Shown: piece by piece, positions 1 through 9,542 of the stretch
Position numbering within the stretch: the first letter of the stretch is position 1
Layout of the letters: the number at the start of each line of letters is the position of its first letter
DNA from: Octopus sinensis
Taxonomy: Eukaryota
Direction of reading: 5' to 3'
DNA: 11,645 nucleotides
NCBI RefSeq assembly: GCF_006345805.1
Contig: NW_021826722.1
Coordinates: forward strand, 1-11,645
Translations under genes and position numbers: made by a program
The notes under the pieces: generated by a model
What the model saw: the letters and a program-made list of their open reading frames with translations, nothing else
Told to the model about the DNA's origin: nothing
Databases searched by the model: none

Positions 1-116
1 TTGGTTCCTTAAATAGGCGGTCGTATTTTAACGTTCTGTTGACTGTCCCCATGCCCTGCGCTGATATCGGGAGATTTTTGCCTTGAATGGTTTTACAGGC
101 AAAAATCAACCCTAAT

Positions 117-385
117 TTTAAGTCTGGTACTGTCGATCTCATTTGTTGAGGGATGTAAACGTTATAGGGATGTAAACAAACCAACGCAAGTTGTCAAGTG
201 GTGGGCGGACAAACAGACGCAAGCACACACACACACACATATGACTGGTTTCCGTCTACCAAATTCACTCCCAAGTCATTCTTCGCCTGGGCTAGAGTAC
301 AAGATATTTGTCTAAGGTGCCGTGAAGTGAGACAGAACCCAAAACCACGAAATTATTAAGCAAAATTCTTAACCGCACGGGCATG
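117..385 (-). mobile_element. Degenerate tRNA-derived SINE, long octopus-type family with CORE-like segment and internal (CA)n
   Basis: On the minus strand it reads as a tRNA-like head with B-box-like GGGTTCTGTC (about 331-340), a CORE/MIR-like CACCTTAGACAAAT (306-320), the TTTCCGTCTACCAAATTCACTC block (250-271), (CA)n at 224-239 and a 3' body (GGACAAAC, GTTGTCAAG, GGGATGTAAAC). The family match is from memory of octopus repeats. GGGATGTAAAC is locally duplicated (150-160, 167-177). Confidence 0.75.
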
Positions 386-664
386 TTCAATTTTTTCGTA
401 TTTTCTTATTACTATTTTACAACTGGCTTGGAACACTAGTATTCCTAAATTTATATTCGATGTTTCAAGAAGTTCACAGTCTTCATTTGAAGAATTAGAT
501 GAATATATTTGGCGTCTGTGCTGTTTCCTATCTATTAGATGGACTTATATATTAGATGTAGACTTTTCCTCGAAGGTTTTCAGCAGTCACGTGTTGACTA
601 ATTTATTGCGGTGACGTTTTTGTTTTTCATCAGGTCTTTATAGTAGTAACCACGGGGTTATTGT

Positions 665-741
665 GAAAGATACTTGCATAAGCCGAGGCTGAACCAGAAA
701 TCATGTGATTGCGCAGCAAGGTGCTTAATCACACAGTCATG
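665..741 (-). mobile_element. 5' head fragment of the same long SINE family
   Basis: AAGATACTTGC..GCTGAACCAGAAATCATGTG..GCAAG..CTTAATCACACAG aligns by eye with 300-380 (AAGATATTTGT..ACAGAACCCAAAACCACG..GCAAAATTCTTAACCGCAC). Confidence 0.65.
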
Positions 742-1995
742 ACACTCTCTCTCTCTCTCTACATGTCTATACGTACGTACATACATACATGCATTCATAC
801 CAATCGTCAACCCATTTGCACAGAACCCAAGAAATTCTCGGTTTTATTGAGAAAGAGCAAAAGAAACTGACGTGGATCCTCCAAATCCAATTTATTAGTG
901 GCACAGTGAAGATTTGTGAGACATTCCCAAAATTCTCCACCTGAGATCCTTTTGGTGAACGCATCGACAGCTCAAGCAACACACCAACTCAAACCATATA
1001 TTCACAAACACCGGGGATTCACTTAACTCAAAAAAAGGTCTTGTTGCTTTATTGGCGATCGATTTAAACTCTCTCAAAAAGAATAAGCTCAAAGAAAAAT
1101 CACATGTATACACACACACACGCATGCGCGCGCCCAAAACAGTAAACCGTAACTGCAGATATAAAACAAGGCACAATTAAAAGAGGAAAGTTCTTTAATG
1201 CAAAAATTAAAATCCAAAATGACCGCCTGCTCTTAATTTGAGAATCATATTCGGACGTAATCGGTTGGTTACGTAAAAGTTCGTCAATCCATAATAATTG
1301 TCTTTAATAGTGAAATCATAAGAGATTTTTTGCAGCGATGTTCGTTGTTTTTGTTTTGTTGTTTTATTGTTTATTACTGTATGGTGTGTTTTGTTGTTTT
1401 TCGTTTTTTGTTAATTTGTTGGTGGGAGATACTCTTAGTGTTGTGTGTGAGGGGGTGGGGTGGGGAGGAGGTAGTTGCGTAATATCGTCGATTGTTTGAG
1501 GTTGTGTATGATGTCTGAAGGGAAACTGATTAGAGAGAGAGAGAAAGAAGAGAGAGAAGAGAGGCAGAAAGAGGAGAAAAGAAGAAAAATAGAGAGAGGT
1601 GGGGTGAGAGGGTGGAAGAGAGAAAGATAGCAAGAAAGAGACAAAGAAGAAAAGGAATGGAAGACACACGGCGCTTTTGGGCGCAGAATTAATTAGTGAG
1701 AACTTGGAATGGCAGCCAAAACAGGCTGGAATTAAAAGACGCGTTTAATATTGTTGCATTTTGTTGTTTTTTTCATTTTCTTTTGCACATTTTTTGGTGT
1801 GGGGTTCTTTTTCTTGTTTTTGTTTTGGGTTTCAACAGAAAAGAAAAGAAAACTGATAAGGAACACAAAACAAAACAAAAAACAAAAACAAGAAAAAGAA
1901 ACAAAATCTCAAAGAATCGCCTCGAAATTTCATTCAATTCTTCCTTAGAAATTTCCACCGAACCAAACATAAATAAAAACAATAATAAAGAATAT

Positions 1996-2037
1996 TGATG
2001 ATGATGACGATGACGATGATGACGATGATGATGGTGA
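1996..2037. repeat. (GAT/GAC)n trinucleotide microsatellite
   Basis: Direct reading of the sequence. Confidence 0.95.
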
Positions 2038-2109
2038 CTATTAAGATCAATCAAAATACCAAGAAGGAGGGTAAATATAAAACCATGTGTGTGTGTGGTG
2101 TAGTTTTAA

Positions 2110-2430
<321 letters not shown>

Positions 2431-2835
2431 ATTTATAAATAAAAATAGATTATGTACATACAGACACACAAACGTATGTGTGTGTGTGTGTTTGTGTGTG
2501 TATGACATGTCGGTGTGTATGTACTTATATTAATTTTTTTGAACTGAAGGTTCCGACAACACTTATAGAAAAAAACTCTCAAAGACAAATGAATGAGACA
2601 AAAAGGCTTATGAAACACACACACACACACCACACACACACACACCATACTACACCAGAAATAACTGAAATAATCATGACATTGGTGATGATGATGAGGA
2701 GGAGGGGAGGCGGATGGCGACCATAATGACATACTTATCTCCCCTTTCTATCATCTTACCCGCCAGTAACAATCTTTTTATATGTTTATTTTATTTTAAT
2801 TTATTGGTTTTCTTCCGCATTCTGGTAAAAGAAGT

Positions 2836-2874
2836 CACCACACCACCACCACCACCACCACCACCACCACCACC
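2836..2874. repeat. (CAC)n microsatellite
   Basis: Direct reading of the sequence. Confidence 0.95.
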
Positions 2875-3210
2875 CCAATCACCATCATTATCATAATCAT
2901 CATCAAAACTCCAGAACATATTTCTTTTTAAATAAGACGAAGAAGAAAAGCAGGAAGAGGAGGAGCGGAGGAGGAGGAAAAAGAATAGAATAAAGAAATA
3001 TGTATGAAGAAATGGAGAATTTAGGGAAAAAAAATTAGGCAAAAAAAATTATGATTAAGCGAAAAATTGCAATTCCCCCTAAATCTACACCCAACCCGTT
3101 GCAGATGTGAAAGGAGAGGAAGAGGGAGAGAAACAGAAGGAGATAGGGAGAGAGCGAGAGAGGCGAACCCTAACGGCGACGAGCTGGCAAAAGCAACAGA
3201 TTCTTCTTTA

Positions 3211-3257
3211 AGATAAATAGGGGTTTTCCAGCCAATAACCTACTTATCCGCCATTTT
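3211..3257. promoter_or_regulatory. Candidate cis-regulatory motif cluster (GATA, NF-kB/Rel, CCAAT, GATA, YY1)
   Basis: AGATAA 3211-3216, GGGGTTTTCC 3220-3229, CCAAT 3232-3236, CTTATC 3243-3248, CCGCCATTTT 3248-3257. Motif matches only. Confidence 0.3.
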
Positions 3258-3373
3258 GTCTTTGAAGCCGGTCGCCCTGCCACTCTTCTTTTTCCACACT
3301 ATCCAACAATCCATAACCATACACCAACTCCATCAATGAACACCACCACCACCATTACTACTACAACTGTTGT

Positions 3374-3580
3374 CCGCACTGTCAGAATCGTTAGCCGGCT
3401 GGACAAAATGCTTCACGGTATTTCGTCCGTCTATTTTGATGTTATGGTATTTCTTTTTGCGTTCTGAGTTCAAACTCAGCCGCGGTCGACTTTACCTTTC
3501 ATTCATATGAGGCTGATTTAATCAACTTACCCCCTCCCCGAAATTGCTGGCCTTGTGCTAAGACTATTATTATTATTTTT
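3374..3580 (+). mobile_element. tRNA-derived SINE, short octopus-type family, near full length with internal deletion and (ATT)n tail
   Basis: Head CTGTCAGAATCGTTAG..GGACAAAATGCTT, B-box GAGTTCAAACTC (3466-3477), GGTCGACTTT, 3' end CCCCGAAATTGCTGGCCTTGTGC, then an ATT tail. Aligns with the copies at 4281, 7190, 8415 and 8563. Confidence 0.85.
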
Positions 3581-4235
3581 TATTGCCTTTGCACAGCTTC
3601 CAAAGCTGGAGATGTACTACAATGACAGCTGTTCATTACCAGTGAACTAAGATAACACTTCTTATTTTTCGAGCACCATCCGAAGTATTCGAGCGGTTCC
3701 AAGCAGTGCTGCTTTCTGCAAGTGCTCCACCCTTATTGCAGCCTCTATTTGTTCCATGTACTCCTCAAAATTTTTACTCACTGTTCCCAGGGCTCCGACA
3801 ATTATTAGTACTACTATCACCTTTTTCAGCGACCACAACTGCTTAAATATCTATCTTCTATTCTTTCTTCCTTATCACATACCTTGCAGTCAGTTGGGCA
3901 TGTTATATCTATGATCCAGAATTGTTTGTTTTCTTTCTCAATTAAGACTGTGTCTAGTTTCCTATTCTCTATCTCATGGTCGCACTTAATTATGAAATCC
4001 CATAGGATCTTTGCATTTCTATTTTTGACAATACCTTCAGATTTGTGGTCGCACCAATTTTTTGCTCTGTCAAGTCCATACTTGTTGCAAAGTGCCCAAT
4101 GGATAATCCTGGCTATATTGTCGTGGTGTCTCCTATATTCCTTCAGCGCTAGTGGCGTACATTGATTGATAATATTTCACCATTTTGTCCACAAATTCTG
4201 GACTTATCACTTTCTGATGTGTTTTCTATTCTGTA
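3580..4235 (-). mobile_element. 5'-truncated, frameshifted R4/Dong-like non-LTR retrotransposon (C-terminal CCHC knuckle + restriction-like endonuclease + 3' UTR)
   Basis: Manual minus-strand translation gives three pieces. First YRIENTSESDKSRICGQNGE (about 4235-4176). After a frameshift, IINQCTPLALKEYRRHHDNIARIIHWALCNKYGLDRAKNWCDHKSEGIVKNRNAKILWDFIIKCDHEIENRKLDTVLIEKENKQFWIIDITCPTDCKVCDKEERIEDR (from 4173). After a second frameshift, FKQLWSLKKVIVVLIIVGALGTVSKNFEEYMEQIEAAIRVEHLQKAALLGTARILRMVLEK* (3847-3662). The HDNxARIIHW, ILWDF, (P)D..IID and IVGALG motifs are typical of R4-clade RLE elements. The PD motif reads LD (3957-3952). Confidence 0.88.
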
Positions 4236-4280
4236 TTATTTATTATTATTACTATTATTAACAGTAGTAGTAGTATTAAT

Positions 4281-4460
4281 ATTTCGCCCGTCGCTACGTT
4301 CTCAGTTTAAATTCCGCCGAGGTCGATTTTGCCTTTCATCCTTTTGGGGTCGATAAATTAAATACCAGTGTAATACTGGGGTCGATGTAATCGATCTATC
4401 CCCTCCCCTGAAATTTCAGGCGTTGAGCCTTTAGTAGAAAGGATTATTGTTATTATTATC
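4281..4460 (+). mobile_element. 5'-truncated short-family SINE with ATT-type tail
   Basis: ATTTCGCCCGTC..TACGTTCTCAGTTTAAATTCCGCCGAGGTCGATTTTGCCTTTCATCCTTTTGGGGTCGATAAATTAAATACCAG..ACTGGGGTCGATGTAATCGA..CCCCTGAAATTTCAGG..TAGTAGAAAGGATTATT. Homologous to the other copies in the window, with a different 3' end variant. Confidence 0.88.
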
Positions 4461-4574
4461 ATAGGAAAACGTGTTAAGGGAAAGCAAAATATCAATTTTT
4501 TAATAAAGCGAAATGAAGAAAATGGACGAGAGCAAAAGTTGAGGATTTACAAATGGAACAAATGAATAAACCAC

Positions 4575-4640
4575 TATGCGCATGTGCGCAAGCGTCCCCA
4601 GCACGCGGATTAAAATGCGTTGATCGACGCCATTTTGGTG
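4575..4640. promoter_or_regulatory. CpG-rich patch with NRF1-like and YY1 motifs
   Basis: TGCGCATGTGCGCA 4577-4590, CGCCATTTT 4628-4636, and about 8 CpGs in about 55 bp within an AT-rich background. Motif matches only. Confidence 0.3.
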
Positions 4641-4837
4641 TGAAATTGTGATAGAGTTTGTCAACAGTGGACAAAAGTGTTGGAGAGTGTTGTTGTTGTT
4701 GTTATTGTCGTCGTCCTTGTTTACCGTACTCTCCCCCTGGCCATTAATAGTCATCGGCATCCTCCTGTGTTTTCACTCAGGCGGTACCAATGCAATGGTC
4801 TCTCTATTAAGCAGAAGAGCGAAGGTCGCTCTACTTT

Positions 4838-4910
4838 GGTTGTTCTTAGACCCCAAGTCAGGTTAGACAGAGCAGACCTTTGATCAAAGCCGTCGTTCCA
4901 AGCTATGACC
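4838..4910. repeat. Fragment of a probable octopus interspersed repeat
   Basis: GAGCAGACCTTTGATCAAAG..TTCCAAGCTATGACC resembles a common octopus repeat segment as I recall it. There is no second copy in the window to confirm. Confidence 0.35.
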
Positions 4911-5120
4911 AACACATATTTTTGTATCCATGAGTGTGAATATGAGAGAGAGAGAGAGGGAGAGAGAGAGTGTGTGTGTATGAAAATATATAAATATGAA
5001 ATTACAACACCTAAACGTTCTTACGTGCTTGATTTTTTATGTACAAAATTCACCCATCCATTACTCCTTCCAAGCGTCTGTCTGTCGAATTGTCTATATC
5101 TATTTGATCTATTGGAACCG

Positions 5121-5206
<86 letters not shown>

Positions 5207-5260
5207 TTATCTATCTCTGTCTGTCTGTCTATCTATCTATCGTTCTATCGTTCTATCGTT
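5121..5260. repeat. (TCTA)n tetranucleotide microsatellite grading into (TCTG)n and (CTATCGTT)x3
   Basis: Direct reading of the sequence. Confidence 0.97.
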
Positions 5261-5729
5261 CGACCTAGCTAGCTACAAAATGTGTCTGAAGAACACACAT
5301 AAACACTTCAGCCAACAGAACACTTCTTCTATCTCCTTCTCCCTGCCTATCTTTCTCTCTCATCTCTCTCTCTCTCTCTCCTTCATCTCTGTCTTTCTCT
5401 CTCGTCTCTCTTTCTCTCTCTTTTCTTCATACATTCGCTCTCCTCGGTCCAGCCTCTGTGACGTAAGTCAACTCTCCATTTGGAATTCTTTGCAAACGTA
5501 CTTGACAGGGAGATAACCTCGTACGTTAAGATACGATAGCGCGCCTCGGAGATTGTGTGCCTGCATGTATGTATGGTATGTATTATTGTGTAATGTATGT
5601 ATATGTACGCATGGTGTTGACTGAGTGTACGTACGCAGGCAAATATGTTAACTTGTGTATGTTTCTAGGTAGGTTGTATAATGTAATGTATTTATGTAGG
5701 TTCTCCTATATGCACACACACACCGTGTA

Positions 5730-5732
5730 TAC

Positions 5733-5822
<90 letters not shown>

Positions 5823-6070
5823 ATTTATATATATATATATATGCATATATGCATGCGTACATACATATGTATATATATGTATAGCTTATACGTTATACAT
5901 ATACGTATATATGTATGTGTTATGTACAATAACATGCATACATGTATATATATACGCATACATAAAACAATCATATACATAAGCACACACATATATATGC
6001 TTCTATATATATATACACACACATATACATATAAGTAAATATAAACATACGTATGTACATGTATACATAC
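5730..6070. repeat. (TA)n core (5745-5841) with a TA/CA-rich decayed flank
   Basis: Direct reading of the sequence. Confidence 0.93.
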
Positions 6071-6395
6071 CTATATATACCGGCACACGCACGCGCGCAT
6101 ACACACATGTAACCGCCGAACCTCATTAACGTACCTAATCAGTTACTCCCTCGTCACCTAACACCGTATTAAGGGCCTGTACCCTTATTTACCCGGGTAC
6201 TAAGTAGCCACCCTAGCTCGGCTGACCTCTTTTATCTTATGTGTGTCGGAGGAAAATTGTTGCAAGACTCCTCGAAACAACCCGCTCCTCCGCCGCCGCC
6301 TCCTTCTTCTCCCCTTTCTTTACCTCACTCTCTTCCTTCATGTAATGCTACCCCCACGCCCGACGCACTCATACAAAACATACATACTTTCATAC

Positions 6396-6396
6396 A

Positions 6397-6431
<35 letters not shown>

Positions 6432-6452
6432 GTGAGAGAGAGTGAGAGAGAG
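6396..6452. repeat. Compound (TG)n(GA)n microsatellite
   Basis: Direct reading of the sequence. Confidence 0.93.
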
Positions 6453-6567
6453 ACAATGTGTGTGTGCTTGCCTATGCACCTTCCTGCATAATATAAATAG
6501 TTTAACAATTATTGGATGTTATACAACATATATATTTTTTTCTTTCCGCTCCCTGTCTTTCTCACCC

Positions 6568-6568
6568 C

Positions 6569-6615
<47 letters not shown>

Positions 6616-6925
6616 CGCACACATATACGTATATTTATATACATATACACGTATATACACAAGTAAGCATATGCCCGTGTGTATGTATGCATATATGCAT
6701 ATGTGCGCGCGTGTATATATATATATATTATATATATATATATATCCATATATATATACACATATACACACTCGCGCACATACACATATATACAACTATA
6801 AATATACATGCATATACACATACATGACCACACGTATGCACACACACACACACACACACACACTTATATATCCGTATATACACATAAATATGCATATAGA
6901 CACACACATCCACATACATGAGAGT
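6568..6925. repeat. Compound (CT)n(TA)n followed by a TA/CA-rich low-complexity field
   Basis: Direct reading of the sequence. Confidence 0.9.
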
Positions 6926-7189
6926 AGAGCACCCCATAGACACACACGGCCTCAGACACACCCCATATATATCACGACCAAATGTCACGCCTCTCTCTGT
7001 TAATTAAAATGGTGCCAAATATGGGGACGACGTTGGACAATAGGTTGTTGTAGTAGGGAGACACTGAAACACCCCAATTCCCTCTATTACCCTTTATATT
7101 CCCCCTCATGCTCCGGGTTCAATTCTAGCAGGACTCCAGCTGTTGCATTGCATTCAGGACATTGAACGATTAGCGAAGAGGTAAAAAAA

Positions 7190-7243
7190 GGTACTTAATT
7201 TATCGACCCCGAAAGGATGAAAGGCAAAGCCGACCTCGGCGGA
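7190..7243 (-). mobile_element. Internal fragment of the short-family SINE
   Basis: GGTACTTAATTTATCGACCCCGAAAGGATGAAAGGCAAAGCCGACCTCGGCGGA is the reverse complement, with few mismatches, of 4313-4366. Confidence 0.88.
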
Positions 7244-8354
7244 TATACCTTTTCTCTCTCTCTCTCCCTCCCTCTCTATCTCCATTCCACCCACATTTAC
7301 GATCCTAAAAGTAGTTTTTATTGCGGCCCTATTTTCTTTGTATTTTTGAAGAGAGAAACCACTCTTGTGAGCCGTGGTGCCCTTTTGCCTAGGGCTCCTC
7401 GGCTCAATGCTCAGCCACAGAGTAGACTCCGTTAAAGTCACCACCCGACTTCCACGGGGCCAGAGGCTGTTTTAAACCGGATGACAGAATTGAAACACAC
7501 ACCTTCATTAACAGAGATTAAGAAGCAGAGTTGCGTCCCCTCTTCGCCCTCTTTACCACGTTCACCCGTATAAAAGAACAGGCGACATTTGCATCGAGTA
7601 ACATTTCTCAGTCTCCAGCAAAATAACTAAATAAATACAAAAATACAAAGGGTTGCGAACGCTCTCCTTCCCTCCCGCCGCCCTATCTAAGCCGCAAAAC
7701 CAACCAAACACACAAACATATATACAACAAGCTATGTTGTATACGTTGGGCTAACAAACATGGCCGACTCGTTACTTGTTTCCACTAAATTAGCCGTTGA
7801 AAAGAGAGCCGTGAAATACTGCCGCGTCCTCTCCTATCGTTATTCTAGCGTTCTAATTGCTATTTTACTAATTTCATTCAGTTTTATTCCATTCTATTCT
7901 ATCGATATTGTTTTGTATTGATACTGTATTGAATTATATTGCATTGTATTAATAATGATAGATTTAAAACATTAATGTGTTTGTTTTTATGTTTATTTTT
8001 TTAAAACATAGTTATTTAAATTATTATCGTTATTAATGTAAATTTTATTTCTTTATTATATTTTATAATTTTTTGTCATAAATTTCTGTTTTTCCTCATT
8101 TAACCTATTGATCGTAGAAAAACATCCGCACACAACTTCGTCTTCAAGATATCTACGTCTACTGCTACCTTCTTTTGTATTTTCCATTCCCCGACACCAC
8201 AAAAAGCAATAACAACAACAAAAACAACAACACAACCTTCTACTTATTCTTTTACACCTCATCTCAAAGCGTCACTCCACCATGGCTGCCACCCCCTTTA
8301 TGACTTCGTTCTTTGTCAGCAATCATTATTCCTAGCATTCAAAATTATTGAAGA

Positions 8355-8390
<36 letters not shown>

Positions 8391-8562
8391 TAAATAAATA
8401 AATTAAAGTTTTAAATGCTGGCACGACGCCAGTAATTTCGGAGAAGAGGATAAATGGATTACGACCCCTAAATAATGAAGGTGACCCCGAAAGAATGAAA
8501 TGAAAAGTCAACCTCAGCGGAACTTGAACTCAGAACAGAGACGGGCGAAATGCTGCTAAGCA
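8355..8562 (-). mobile_element. Diverged short-family SINE lacking its extreme 5' end, with (TAA)n tail at 8355-8390
   Basis: The reverse complement reads TGCTTAGCAGCATTTCGCCCGTCTCTGTTCTGAGTTCAAGTTCCGCTGAGGTTGACTTTTCATTTCATTCTTTCGGGGTCA..CCGAAATTACTGGCGTCGTGCC, then (ATT)n. Confidence 0.82.
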
Positions 8563-8713
8563 GGCCGGACAAAATGTTTAGCGGCCTTTCGTCCGTCTTT
8601 TCCGCCGAGGTCCTTCATCCTTTCGGGGTTGATAAGCTCCACCTGAGCACTGGGGTCGATTTAATTGACTTACTCCATTTCCACCCCCAAATTGCTGGCC
8701 TTGTGTCAAAATC
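8563..8713 (+). mobile_element. Short-family SINE lacking its 5' end, with internal deletions
   Basis: GGCCGGACAAAATGTTTAGCGGCCTTTCGTCCGTCTT..TTCCGCCGAGGTC..CTTCATCCTTTCGGGGTTGATAA..GAGCACTGGGGTCGATTTAATTGACTTAC..CCCCAAATTGCTGGCCTTGTGTCAAAAT. Confidence 0.85.
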
Positions 8714-8770
8714 CTCCTCCCCTCCCCCCTCCTCCTCCTCCTCCTCTTCATCATCATCATCATCATCATC
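8713..8770. repeat. Compound (CCT)n(TCA)n microsatellite
   Basis: Direct reading of the sequence. Confidence 0.93.
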
Positions 8771-9017
8771 ACTAATATTGTTATTTGTTTTCCGTTGCTG
8801 TCTGTGACAGTTTGATGTCCCGATATAAAATGGCCACTTGGCCAGTTTCTGATTCTGCAGAGAATTCCATTTTCTTGGTAGAGAATCACCACCAAGATTT
8901 ATTGCACACACACACACACACACACATGCGTGCGCGCGCAATACAGTGCAACAGCATCGTTTTCTTTCAAATACTGTGTGTGTGTATATATACGTATTCA
9001 TCCATCTATCTATATGC

Positions 9018-9050
<33 letters not shown>

Positions 9051-9483
9051 ATATATATACACACATACATACAGTTCGGTTTAATGGCACTGATTCCGGT
9101 TCAAACGCTACTTTGTCATCAACATCATCATCAACCCCCCCTCCCATCACCAGTTCTCTTCTTCTTATCGACAATGCACATTTCTACACTCGGCTGCGGT
9201 CGATAGGTAGACAATGTATGTACAAACATAAAAGTAAAGAAGAAAAAAAACAACTCGTGTTACCTTTACAACATTGAATAATGAACACAAACTATTCTAC
9301 GGCAACAAGCCAGTCAACACACACACACACACACATACACACACGTGTGCACGGGCACGTGTGTATATATACATATACTTACACACACACATACATATAA
9401 AATATACCTGCATACATACAGATACAATCAACCATAGATTTGCATATGCGCGCGTGTGTACGAATCTATGAGCGTCTATACTA

Positions 9484-9542
9484 GTGTGTGTGTGTGTGTG
9501 TGAGTGTGTGTGTGTAAGTGTGTGTGTGTGCGTGTGCGTGCG
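9484..9542. repeat. (TG)n microsatellite
   Basis: Direct reading. Similar (CA)n tracts occur at 8905-8926, 9316-9343, 10476-10500 and 11630-11645. Confidence 0.93.

Noticed and set aside
440-575. Stop-free stretch IPKFIFDVSRSSQSSFEELDEYIWRLCC between an AG and a GT
   Set aside because: The splice signals are weak and there is no recognisable protein similarity.
3175-3192. GGCGACGAGCTGGCAAAA resembling the short-SINE 5' head
   Set aside because: Only about 18 nt match and nothing homologous follows, so it is too short to call.
3884-4165. 93-aa plus-strand ORF
   Set aside because: It is the antisense shadow of the retrotransposon fragment. The real homology is on the minus strand.
4321-4390. 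GGTCGAT recurring three times at about 27-32 nt spacing, superficially CRISPR-like
   Set aside because: The repeats are only 7-9 nt and are an internal feature of the SINE. There are no cas genes and the context is eukaryotic.
7105-7135. CCGGGTTCAATTC B-box-like motif suggesting a tRNA
   Set aside because: There is no cloverleaf or A-box. At most it is a decayed SINE head. No tRNA or rRNA gene is supported in the window.
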